Source: Phaeosaccion multiseriatum (taxonomy: Eukaryota > Protista > Ochrophyta, other classes). Taken from it: a stretch of DNA of 64,000 bases. Positions 1-12,410 of the stretch are shown here, one piece after another (position 1 is the first letter of the stretch; the number at the start of each line of letters is the position of its first letter). The notes beneath the pieces were generated by a model. That model made no database searches. It saw nothing but the letters and a program-made list of their open reading frames with translations, and was not told where the DNA came from. The position numbers were made by a program, and so were the translations under genes. Where the stretch lies: contig OZ218951.1 of assembly GCA_965112735.1 (NCBI GenBank), positions 2,356,001-2,420,000 of the forward strand. Reading direction: 5' to 3'.

Positions 1-69
1 GTGGGCAGAGACACCGACAAGAGAGAGAGCGCGCGCGAGAGACAGGGAGAGAGCACGACAAGTCTATGC

Positions 70-176
70 TTTCATCTCATCTCTGTCTGTGGCTGGGGGA
101 GGGAAGACGGCAGAGCAGCTTGAGTTTGTTTCATCTGTCTGTGGGGGAGGGAAGACGGCGGAGCAGCTTGATTTTG
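70..176 (+). repeat. Imperfect 2-copy tandem duplication (~50-59 bp)
   Basis: tttcatct..gtctgtg..gggggagggaagacggc(a/g)gagcagcttga(g/t)tttg occurs at 70-128 and 129-176. Confidence 0.85.
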
Positions 177-1564
177 AGTCCCTCCCCTTGTCACCGTACA
201 AGTTGGGGCTGCCATTACATCACGACCGACGGAGGGACGGTCTTGGCGGCTTGGCGCCCCCCCGGGGTACGGCGACGGTAGGAGGGTGGTACGTCTGCCC
301 CGTCGCTCTTCCCTACTGCAGAGAAAGAGAGAGAGAGAGAGAGAGGGAGCTTTGATGCTCTTGTCGTCTGCGGCTCTTTGGCGTGTGCCCAGCCAACGGT
401 TCGCAACGGTGGAGCGAATCGATGTAGGGGTACTCGTTTCTCTCATTGGGCCTTGCGCTCGCTCCCGCAGCCGATGGGCAAACCAACCCCCGGCCTGGAG
501 GCAAATAAGAGGAAGCAGAGGAGTCGAAGCAGGCCGTTGTAGACAGGCTGGTTACGTACCATTGCAGCGGCAAACGAGAGGACCGGAACCTAGGGCGCCC
601 GCGACTCTCGTTTGGGTGAAACGTCGGCAGAACGGCAGGCAGGGGCGGCTCCGGCGTCCATCAGCCCACCCCCCCCTGACCTCCATTTTTCTGTGCTGCT
701 GGGTGTAGAGAAGGAGAAGAAGTGCGTGTATGAAAGAATAGAACAGAATGAATCGGTCCGGTGTACTCAAGCGTCTCGCGCCCCTCAAAAAATATATCGG
801 GGTGGATGCGGGAGGGAAGCCAAACCCCTCCCGAAAAACGCTCTCGCCCCCGGGGGGGGTGTTATGATCAGAATAGTGGGGGTTGAGGTTGTTGGGGAGA
901 GGCAGGGGAATAAAAAGCCGAAAGCCCAAAGCCTGCCCGCACCCAGGATCGTAAAAAAGATCTGCACCAGGGGAGAGAGGGAGGAGGGCAGCTGCAGCGT
1001 GCGTCCTGCGAGGGTGAGTGGAAAGCGAGCCAGTGGAAAGTTGTGTGACCCCCACGCGGCCTACGGACCCTTCACCCTTTTTCCTCGCATCTAAATCATC
1101 TTTGTGACGGCGAGCAGTTGGTGTCTCTTGTGTTTTTTAATACTGCTCCTAAGCTGTCAAGCAGAGGTGACGCTGCTGCTTCAGCATATGCTGCTTCTTG
1201 CTCGCACATGCCTTGTCCGCCTTCACCTGCTGTGGCATGAATCTCCCCACCCCACCACCACTTTTCCTGGGAGATAACCAAGAGCATTGGGAACAAAAGC
1301 GACACTTGGGCATAGGCCGACAACTGCGACGTGCTCGCCTCGCCATCTGATTCCCTTGCGATTTGCTCCTTGCCTCCAAACGGCTCTCAACCCAAACCTT
1401 AGGTCCTCCTGCCACATCAAGATCAGAGGATTGAGGGAAGGAGGGGAGCATTGACCACCACGGCAATGAGCACGGAGAGGCGCTTTTGAATGAGCGCTAG
1501 GAGGAGGAGGAGGAAAGTTGGTCTGAGTTGGTGCTGCCATCACTAGTGGTAGCTATCTTTCAAA

Positions 1565-4500
1565 ATGGGCGGAGGTGGAGGGGGTAACGGCGGCAGTAAC
1601 AGAGACCGAGACCGCCACAGGAGAAGGGAGGGCGGTTGGGGGAACGAGGACATGAATGGCGAGAGCGGTAGGAAGCCTTCGTCCACGTCACGCAGCAAGG
1701 ACAGGGACTTCCGTGACTCGGGCAGCAGTGGGAGAGACAGAGACAGAGATCGAGACGGCTCCTCCTCCCGGAAGAGACGCAGGCCTCAGGATGAGGGAGG
1801 CAGCGGGAGGGATGGCCCCGGGTCGCCTGTTGCAGAGAAAGGGTGGACAGCATCCGGGACAGATGGAGGCGGGCGGTCTAGGATCGACGACAGCAGCAAC
1901 AACAGCAACAGCCACGGCAGCAGCACCTTTGATAACAACAGCAGCAAACGATCCAAGGGACCGCCCGTGGAGGGCCGGGAAGAGAACGCAACAAGCTTGG
2001 CGGATAAGTCGGAGTCGGGAGGGGACCGAGTGAGTACTTCTTCCTCGTCGACAGGCAAGGCAACGGCCAAGACAAACGGAAGCAGTGGCGGTGGCGCGGG
2101 GGGCGGTACCGCAAAGGCTGATGTACCACCAAAGAAGGCCGGAGATGATAGCCGCAAGAGCAGTGCTAATAGTATCCCGCAGCCTCGCGTGACGCACATT
2201 CATTCCGACCAGCTCAAGCCATCTGTAGACAGCTCTCGGGACGAGGTGCTCACGCACGACATTGGGGCCAACATCTGGGAGCTACGGAACCCCAAGGGTG
2301 ATGCAGAGATGATGAAGGCGGAGGTAGAGGCCGCCGAGGCTGCTCAACGAGCGAAGCTGGCGGAGGCAGAGGAGGAGAGGAGGAGGGAGAAGGAGAAGGA
2401 GAAGGTGGTGCTGGAGGCAGCGAACAAGGCAGAGCAGAAAGATGGCGCAACAGAGACAGTGGCGGGGGAGACGGGGAGAGGAGAGCCGGAGGAGGGAGTT
2501 GAGCAACGAGAAGGGCCGGAGAAGGAAGATGGAGTGCGTGGAGGCAAAGAGGAGAAGGGGGGGGGCGAGAAGGATCAAGGAGGAGAAGGGGCTGCCGCCA
2601 TGGAAGTGGAGAGCGAGGAGGTCCTAGGCAGCACGGCGACGGCCTCTGTATCACCAACTGCTGCTACTGGCATTGCCCAACAAGCGGAAGGGAAGGAGGA
2701 GGAGGAGGAGAATAGAAGCAAATCGGTAGCAGTAGAGGGTAGAGAGGAGGAGAAGGGGGGATCAACCACTGTTACGGGGCAGAAAGACGCAGCACCAGCA
2801 CCAGCACCAGCACCGCCAGCTGTTGGTGATGCAGTAGCAGCAGTAGGCGGCACCCCTCGGCCACCAAGCCCAACTTCCGCTGTCCGTGCCCCTGCCCCTC
2901 CTGCCCCGTCGGTAGTAGAGGCAAGCGTGCCCCGCGTCCGGCCTTTGAAGGAGCTTGCGCTGCCAGCCTCTCAGGCCTGGTTCGACCCTGACAGTGTCTC
3001 TTCCTTCGAGATGCGCATGTTGCCAGAGTTCTTCACAGGGCGGAGCACCTCCAAGACGCCAGAGACCTACTTGGTGATGCGAAACTTCATCGTGGGCTTA
3101 TGGGACAAGAAGCAGCAGGCGCAGTTTCAGGGAGCGGGCGGAGGAGGGGGGGCGGGGGCGGGGGCAGGGGCAGGCGGGTTTGCGAATGACAGAGGTGGAG
3201 GGGGTCGTGGTCCTGCTGCTGCTGCTCCTCCCGCCCCGCTTTTGAGCGCGACGGAGTGCCGGAGACAGCTCAGTGGAGACGCCGGGGCAGTGCTGCGGGT
3301 GCACGACTTTTTGGAGAAGTTTGGGGTCATCAATGTGAGTTTCAGTCCGGATCCCGCGGCGCATGCGGCTGCGAGTGCCGTTGACGATGCGGCGGAGGCC
3401 CGTGCTGCCGCTGCCTCTGCTGCTAGCGCGGCGGCTACTGCCCGTGCGGTCGCTGCTGCTGCTTCTACTGCTGCTGCTGCTGCTGCTGGGACAGGGGAGG
3501 AGCGAGACGCGAAAGAAGTTGCTGCTGCTGCGGAGGAGGCGCGAGCTACCGCCGACGCCGCTGCTTCCAAGGCAGCTGCCCTGGCTTCTGCCACTGCTGC
3601 TCGAGCCACGCAAGCCACCGCTGCGGTGGAGAGTGCTCGCGCTCGGGGAGTCCCCACCAGTGCCCCTACGGACATCGCTCATGCTGCTGCGGCAAGGAGA
3701 GCCACCAACGCCTCCTCGTTTGCGTTGCGGGGAAATCAGTTCTTTGCACTGCCGCCCGTAAAGGACGTGTGGGACACTCAGTGGAGCAGAGAAGCAGCCC
3801 CGGCGGGGGGGCGTGCTCAGGTGAATGGCGGCCGTCGCGGTGATGCTTCTTCTTCTGCGGCGGATAGCAGTGGATGGTCGGCCGATAAGGTGATGGTGAT
3901 GATCAAGGCGGTGGCGAAACACCGCGACGATTGGGGGGCGATTGCGGCCGAGGTGGGCATTGAGGGGGTGGACGCCGCAGCTTGTCTGCAGCGCTTTGTG
4001 CGGCTCTCTGTAGAGGAGATACTGGGGGAGGGCGCCGACATGCAAGGCTCGGTGTCTGTCGCCGTCCAGCAAGGAGGGGGAGGGAGGAGTAGTGGTGGTG
4101 GCAGTGGCAGTGGAAGTGGAGGATCTGGTGGAACGCCGTCCTCCAAGGCGTCCTCGTCGTCCTGTGCTAGGCGTTGTGCAACTACCGCTCACGCTGCGGT
4201 GGCTGCGGGTGGAGCAGGTGGCTCGTTTGTGGTGAAGGACGCCGTGATGCCGGCGCTAGGCCTGGCCTCGTCGCTTGTGCACCACTGTGCTCCGGAGATT
4301 CTCAAGGCGGCGTACTCTGCGGCACAGGATGCTTTGGGCGAACAAGTCAGGCTTCAGGGGTCGGAGTTCAGCACGATTCTTGAGGAGGAGCTCCGCAGGC
4401 TTGATGAACTGGACTGGCCTCAAGACGATGAGGAGGAAGGACAAGGAGGAGAGGAGGAGGAGGATGAGGAGGAGGAGGATGTCGCAATGGATGAAGAGAG

Positions 4501-6565
4501 TGACGTTAGTGAGGAGGAGGAGGAGGACGACGACGACGAGGAGGAGGACGACGAGGACGACGAAGAGGAGGAAGAGGGGGAGGAGAAGAAAGAGGCGGGT
4601 AAAAGCAATGGGGTGGAGGAGGATGGAGGTGTAGGTAACAAGGAGGCCCAGCCTCGTGCAGCAGAGGAGGAGGGAAAGAAAGAAAGAATTAGAGAGCCCC
4701 TCCCATCGGCAGCGGGCACTGGGACTGAGGAGCCGGTCGGCAAGGAGAAGACGTTGGGGGATGAGGAGGAGGCCGACAAGAAGGAAGGCCGTGAGGAGGA
4801 CCAACAGGCGGGAGCGAGTGCTCAGGAGAACAGACCCTCTGCAATGCACGCTCAAGACGATGCTGCTGTATCACCAACTGCTGCAGCTGCCGCCGCTACC
4901 GGTGATAAAGGGGAGAAGGGTCACAATGGCGCACCAGGCGACGAGGGCGAGGCACCGAGCAGTGGGGATAAGCAGAGCAGTGACTCGGAAGCGACAACGA
5001 CTCCCGAGAAGGTTTCCTCGGACGATACGGCTTCGAAGGAAGAGGACACAGGGGCCACAGACGAGGAGAAGGAGGCGGTTGACCGTAAAGAGGGGGGTGG
5101 TGAGGAGGGAGGTGGAGGCTCCGAAAAGGGGGCGGCAGACGCAGCAGAAGGAGGGGTGGGAGGGGGGCAAGCAGAAGAGGGGAGGAAAGAAGGATCAGCA
5201 GTAGCAGCAGCGGCATCAGCAGCATCGTCGGCAGAAGGATCAGAAGGAGCAAAAACGGTTCAGAAAGAGGGGGAAGCTGGGACTGACAAGTCGCCTTCTA
5301 CTGACGGAACGAAAAGCAGCAGCAGCAACAACAACAACAGCAGCAGTAGTAATAGTAGTAGTTGTAGTAGTAGCAGCAACAGCGGAGGAGGCCACAACGA
5401 GAGCGAGAAGCAAGAGCGACAAGAGAATGGTCCTGTCAAAGCGAAGAACGAAGAAGCAGGGTCATCGTCATCAGCTCCTCCTGTCTCTTCCACAGGCGGC
5501 GACGCGCCAGATGCAGAGGCTCTCAAGGAGGAAGGAGGTGGTGATGGGAAGAAGGGCACGGCGTCCACGGACAAGGGCAAGGCAGAAGATGCTGGGGCGG
5601 CAGTTGATGGAGCAACAGCAGCAGCAGTTGGTGGTACTGATGACATGGAGGTTGGCGACGACACTGGCAAGCAAGCTGGATCACCATCCGAAGAAGCAGC
5701 AGCAGTAGCAACAGCAGAGGACGGTGGGGAACAGGGCGGCAGCAGTAGCAGTAGCAACAGCAACAGCGACAACAAGAATAGCACTAGCGGCAAGGGCAAG
5801 GCCAAAGGCAAAGGCCCCAGCAAGAAGGAGAAGAGGCGTGCTGAGAAGGCCGCGAGGGCTCTGGCCAAGAGGGAGAGGGCCAAGGCCAAGGCTGCCGCAG
5901 CGGCGCGGAGGCGTAGGGAGGCGACTGCGGCGAGAAGGGCCAAGGCCCGAGCACAAGCAATGGCCAAGAAGCGTGTCATCATTTCGCAGGCGCTGGCGCA
6001 CGTGGCGTCTAGTGTGGGGGCTGCTCATGCCGCCGTGTTGTCTGTGTCTGCTTTGCAAGCAAAGGCACTGGCGGAGCAGGTGAGGGGATTCGGGAGAGGG
6101 AGGGGTGGGGGGAGGGGGGGGTGGTTTCTCGCTCCAGTCTTTTGTCCACAGGGCTGATGGATGATTTCGTCTGCCCTGCCCGCTTCTCTTTTGAATAGGA
6201 AACTCATAAATCATTGCTCTCTGTCTCTCTCGCTTTCGCTCCTTCCCCCCCACGCACACCCACGCACCCACACACACACACACACACATGCACACACACA
6301 TGCACACACACACATACACACACACACACACACATACACACACACTCACACACACACACACACACACACACAGGAGGAGAAGCGCTTGGAGCACATCGTA
6401 GGGGATCTCGTGGAGGCGCGAGTAAGACGCTTGGAGGGAAAGATGCACTACCTTGAAGAGTTAGAGAGCTTGTTGGAGAGGGAGAGGGAGGATCTGGAGT
6501 GCGAGAAGGTGGAGGCCCTGACGCAGCGGATACGGCACTCCATCGGGGCGCAGCATGGCATTTAG
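1565..6565 (+). CDS. SWI3: SWI/SNF complex subunit SWI3/SMARCC-like (SWIRM + SANT + C-terminal coiled coil); exons 1565-6079, 6374-6565
   Basis: SWIRM motifs AWFDPDSVSSFEMRMLPEFF..KTPETYLVMRNFIV and LSATECRRQLSGDAGAVLRVHDFLEKFGVIN. SANT-like WSADKVMVMIKAVAKHRDDWGAIAAEVG..CLQRFVRL. C-terminal AKALAEQ|EEKRLEHIV..LEGKMHYLEELESLLERER is joined by a phase-0 GT-AG intron at 6080-6373. Confidence 0.9.
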
Positions 6566-7269
6566 AGCAGAGGGGTGGGGGTGAGAGTGGGGAGGAGGGG
6601 GTTTGAAGGAGGAGGAGGAGGAGGAGGAGGAGGAGGAGGAGGATGGGGTTGGGGTGGGGGGGAACTAGGAGGGGGTAGTTGGGGAGTTTTTGGGGTCTGC
6701 CCCTTCGACTCCCCCTCCTCCCTCCCTCCCTCCCTCCCTCCGTCCGTCCTTGCCTCTTTCTAGAGAGAGTTCGTCGTGGCTCTTTGCTGAGGGTTGCTTC
6801 GATCGATGGTGTCGCGTAATCATAGCTGGACTGGACAGGTGTGCCTCGTATAGTAGGCCGGCTGTATCCGGCTCAGTGCGCTGCACCCTCTGGTCTTGTG
6901 GCAAGCAGGTTACGATGCAAGTGTATAGCAGGAAAGGTATTCGTGTAACAAAGAATATGAAAGAGGTAGCGGCCAATCTTCTTCTTTTTCCCTCCTCCCC
7001 ACGGTGTGGGAGTAACCTCGACACAAAGGTGTTGTCTGTCTCTGTTCTCCTCCCCTACTTACGATCAACAAACACATAATCTAATGATCTGAAACTTAAA
7101 CTCACCCCCCCCCCACCCCCCCCCCCCGACTTCGCGACACAGCGCTGAGAGGAGACACCACGCTCCGCAGTAGGTCAGCGACGCTGGAAAAGAGCGATGA
7201 AGTCCTCCTGAAAGACACAAGTCAGGCTCCTTTCTACCCTCCGCCTCCACAAAGGAGGAGGGCGCGGAA

Positions 7270-10200
7270 ATGGAGCGGCTAGGCGGGAGGGAGCGGCTTC
7301 CCGCCAGTGTCGAGATGGAGACAATCTTGAGCAGGCCGTGCTTGGCGAGCATGAGTCTGTTGGCTGTAGCTAGGAGCCCGGCCCTCCACAAGGCCGTGCA
7401 TGCCATGGAGCGAGAACGCCTCGGTCTTGAGCCTCTCCACCCAGACCGTCCCCCACTCGACAGCAGCAGCAGCAACAGCAAAAGCGACGGTACGAAAGCG
7501 AATATCAGGGGAGGTGATGTGAAGGCGAGGAGAGCGCTCCATCGCCTCCTCTGCCTGGCCGCGGACGATGCCATTCTCCCGACGCAGGGTCAAGCAAGGT
7601 CCGGAGGAGGGAAGGGAAAGGGTGCGGCTCAAGAAGCGTTCCTGAGTCTGGTGCAGCAGGTTGAGAACGGCGATGGTTTGAACCGAAATACTCCGAGCCG
7701 GAATCACATCTTGACCATGTGGGGTGGAGCGTCGCCGGCCCAATACGTCAAGGAGATTTGCGGTCTGGACTTGGAGGGAATGGCCCACCTGCTTGGTGAG
7801 TAGTCTTGCCCCACCTCCCGCCAACTGTCTATTCCTCCTACTCTAGCCCATGTGCAAGCCAAGCGCGGGCCTTCCTTTGCCCTCCTTTTGCTTCCATGCG
7901 AACGCTCCTGACTCACTATGGCATCGTCACCTCGTTACCACCGCATTTCCGCCCTCACCGTCTCAGGGCTTTGCTTCCATGAAACCTTCTTCTGCGAGTG
8001 TACCACTGGTGAGAAAGAGGTGCCCCCCAAGAGCAGCAGCAGCAGGAGCAGCAGCTGTCGTATGGGCAACGGAATTTCAGCGAAGGAGGGGGAGCATGCT
8101 CCCGTCGACGGCCGCTTAAAACCGGCTCCGTTAGTCGTGAAAACGAGGGGGGGAGGAGGATTGGGTGGTGCGGAGGGCCCAAGCTTGGGTAGAGGTACAC
8201 CACCTTCCACTCTGGCCCAAGCGTTGGAGAACTACTGGTATTCCAGGGGGGCCTGCCCTCGATGCCAGAAAGAGACCATGGTGGCAAGAACGGTCATGGA
8301 GCCTCTGCCAGATTGCTTCATTGTAAGCATCGACAGCGGCCCATCTAGTGGTGCTGTGGGTGGTGCTGTGGGTGGTGGTGGTGGTGGTGGAGGAGGAGGA
8401 GGAGGACGAGGAGGAGGACGAGGAGGAGGACGAGGCGGGGGGAAGAGTGGCGGGAAGAATAGCCAGTCCATGACTTCGTTCATGAGGAACCCCCCGCCCT
8501 TCAAGCTGGACTACGCGACTACATTACACTTGTACCAGCATCAGGATCAGCGCCAGCAGCCGCGAGAGGGGAAGGGGGAGGAGGAGGAGGAGGAGGAGGA
8601 GGAGGAGGAGGAGGAGGAGGAGGAGGAGCATGGTGGAGGGCAAGAGGTGTATATTACCGGCAACAACATCAGCAACAACACCAGCAACAACAACAACCGG
8701 GTGCAGGGGTACCAGCTTGTCGCCGCTGTATTTAGGGACGGAGAGGGCTACTGTACGGCCTTTGAAGGAGATGCAGGAAAGTGGTGGTTGGCGACGCGGG
8801 AGAAGGGGGTAGAGGACACGGCGCTTGACGACCTGAACTTGGCCAAATCGCCGGTGTTGGGCTTGTATCAGAAGGGGCGATACCTTAGTGGCAGTGGTGT
8901 TCGTAGTGGTGGTGATGGTAGTGGAGGAAGGGGGATCGGGCGGAGGAGTCCGGCGGAGGCAGGGAGGGGAAAAGTAGGTGCAGCAGCGGGAGCAGCCCCA
9001 GGAGCAGCAGCAGCAGTACGACATGGTGGCAGAGAAGCTCTGTCTATAATTGGGCCCTCTTCGAAGCGCAAGCCCATCTCCCCCCCCAGCGAGGATATAG
9101 TAGAGATCAGCAGCGACGAGGAGGGGGAAGAGGATGTAGGGCCACAAAGAGTGGGAGAGAAGGACAAGGGAAGTAGTGAGGTTTCACCTGAGCAGCTGAA
9201 GGGGAAGGAAGAGGGAGGCGAGAGAGGGGAGAGGGCGAACAAAGACAACGGGGCGGCATCAGGGACAGGGGGGGGAGAAGAGGCGACTGACAAGGCACCA
9301 CAGAAGGCGAAAGATGATGGGAGAGCTGCAGATGGAGGTAGGGAGGAGGAAGGTGACACAGAGAAGGACGAGATGGACATTGATGGCGGCAACGAGGAGG
9401 AAGACGAGGAGACTCAGGCGAAAGGCACGCAGAAGGATATCGAAGATGTTACTGAGGGATGCAAGAAGATGAGTTTTGGAGGCTCGTCTTCAGATTCTCT
9501 TCTTGGCACGATACTTACGGAGGAAGGCGGAGGAGGAGGAGGAGGAGGAGGAGGAGGAGGAGGAGGAGGAGGAGGAGGAGGAGGAGGAGGAGAAGAAGGG
9601 AAGGCCGAGAAGGAAGAGGAAGAGGAAGAGGAGGACGCAAAGAAGGATGCCAACGAGGAGGATGATGTGAACAGGGGGCAAGGGGGGCCTGGAGAGGGAG
9701 GAGAAGGGATTACGGTAGAGGAGGAGGAGGAGGAGGAGGAGGAGGAGGAGGAGGAGGGGGAGGAGGAGGAAGAGGAGGAGGAGGAGCAGAAGGAGCACGA
9801 GGAGGAGCAGGAGGAGGAGGAGCACGAGGAGCACGAGGAGCAGCAGCTGCAGCAGCAGCAGAAGGAGGAGGGGGAGCAGAAGGATGCAAAGGAAATGAAG
9901 GCGGCGGACAGGGATGAAGGGGTAGAAGGGAAGGCGGACGAGCATGTCAAGGGGGAAGAGAAGAAGAAGGGTGATCCCAGGAAGATTCTCACCAAGTTCA
10001 ATCTGAAGCCAACGACGTGCAAACAACAGAAGGTGAACGACAAACGGAAGACGGAAGACGGGGAGATCAAGACACCTTCAAGTGTCTCCGCTGATGAAGA
10101 TGCAGCCGATTCGCCCCCTCCCTTGCCAGTGCCACCAGCCATGTTAGTTGGAGCCGCACTAGTTGGTGGTACAAAGGCAGCATTGGCAGGAGAAGCAGGA

Positions 10201-10481
10201 GGAAGAGGAGGCGGAGGAGGAGGCGTTGCAAGAGAGCAAGGGGAGGGAGTGGATGCTTCTCCTTGCGCTTCCGCGGCAGCTGGGGACGGTAAAAGTGACA
10301 TGGGCGGGAACGACAAGGACAAGTACGACGCCTATAATGATGATGGTACTACTGATGAGGATGATGATAAAGAAGGGCGAGGAGGAGGAAGAGGACGAGG
10401 AAGAGGACGAGGAGGAGGAGGAGGAGGAGGAGGAGGAGGAGGAGGAGGAGGTGATGCTGCTACTGCTGCTGTTGATGATGG

Positions 10482-10513
<32 letters not shown>

Positions 10514-12367
10514 TGGAGATCGTGGAGCTCCACAGTGTGAGTAATGGGGGGCGTGGCGGCGGTGTGAAGGGCGGAGGAGGAGCATCGGCAGTGACGAGTA
10601 AGGGGGAAAGTGGTGGGAAGAAAAGCGAGGCCCTCACCAACATTTCCCGGAGCTACAATTCGAATGCGCAGGGGGGCGACACGAGTAGTGATGATGATGA
10701 CGATGAAGATGATGCAGACATGAAGGCGGCGAAAGAGGCATCTCTTGCCGAGCACCAGGCTAGGAGGGGTCTGTGCTACAAGAGGGCCCGGGGGACAGAA
10801 ACGAAGAAGACAGTGACAGGGGCAGAAGCAATGCTCGGTGGTGGTGGTGGTGGTGGTGGTGGTGGTGGTGCTGCGGCTGCTGGGAAGAAGAAAGGGGGAG
10901 GGCTGGGCGGTGAGATGGTAGTGGACTTAAGTGAGGACCTCGGTGAAGATGGCAACGGCGACCACCAAGAGGAGGCTGGAGGGGGTGGAGGAGGGGGGCG
11001 AGGAGGGGGGTGGAAGGCTCTTGCCGACGGGAAGCATGAGAAGATTGGGGCAGGAAACGGGATCGGCCGCGGCGGCCATTTTAAGAGGAAGGGCGGGAAG
11101 GTACAGGCAGGGGGAGGGGTAGAAAAGAAGAAGAGGAAAGTCAGCACCGAGGAGAAGGGGGGTACTGACGCCATGGATGAGGAGTACGAGTATTCGTCGG
11201 GTGGCACGGAAGACATTGACGACGACGATTTTGAGGAAGAAGACAATGGAGCACTAACATCTGCAGCAGCCAAGAGCAAGATACAGGCTCACAGCAGCAG
11301 CAGTGGCAAGAGGGGTCGGCCAGGGGGGGTGGGGGAGCCGGGTGGGGACGGGCAAGTAGGGTGGGGGACGAAGAGGAGGAAGCAGCTGAGACAGAGCACG
11401 TTAGATGGCTTGGGGGGCGTGGGGGGCGGGGCTTCTCCCTCCTCGAAGGGGAAAGGCTCTTGGGGAACGTTACCGCCAACTACTGCCGCTGGGAGAGCGG
11501 CCTTGGAGCGAGCTCAGCGGGCGGGGGTGGGTGCTGCTGTAGGAGGAGGAGGAGGAGGAGGAGGAGGAGGAGGGGGGGGGGGAGGAGGGGGGGGGGGAGC
11601 CGCGGCGCGCAAGAGGGGGAGAGGGGTCGTTGCGACTGGGAGAGGAGGAGGTGGCGACTCTCGTAGGCCTCTGGACGGGAACTTGACGACGAAGAACGGA
11701 AGGAAGGGCGCCGCATCAGACGAGGAAGAAGAAGGCCCTTGGAAGGACAAGTTTCACAGGGAGCCTGAGGAGGAGGAGGACGAGGAGGGCAGCAAACTCG
11801 CTCAATTCACCAAAATGTTCCCCACGGCTTGTTCGAACCCGGACCCGGACCCGGACTGGGCGAACGCTCCCGAGAGGAGTAGCGTCTCTTGTCTCCCGGG
11901 GGGCAGGGGGCTTGGTGACCGTATTCCCCGTACCATCACCACCACTAGCAGCTGTAGCAGCAGCAGCCGGAGCGGCGGTGGTGGCAGTAGTAGCGGCGTT
12001 GGGCGTCAGCGGGGCAGAGAAGTGGTTGTGGGGCACTCGGTGCTGCGTACGAAGGGGACCATTTCGACGGGCCACACAAGGAGGTCAAGTGGTAGAGCTG
12101 CGGAGAGAGTGACAGAAGTCGAAGATTACAGCGATGAAGAAAGCGCGTGGGAGGAGCAGCCAAGAGGGGGAGCGAACAGCAAGAGGAAGGCGAAGGCGAA
12201 GGGCGGCAGAAGCAGTGGCAGCAGCAAGAGGGGATCTGGCAGGGTAATGGCGGAGACCATTGATGACACTGACGATAGTGATGACGACTTCGAAGTTCAA
12301 GCAGGACCGAGCAGCATCACCGCCAGCGGACCGAGGACGAGAACGTGAGTTTCAGTACCCTGTCTGA

Positions 12368-12410
<43 letters not shown>

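Noticed and set aside
571-614. 10-bp inverted repeat caaacgagag...ctctcgtttg
   Set aside because: It is a single short stem with no ncRNA family features and is plausible by chance.
195-690. Possible 5' exons of a minus-strand gene leaving the window (acceptor ~316, donors ~194 and ~559)
   Set aside because: Splice-like signals exist, but I could not build a consistent reading frame or recognise a protein.
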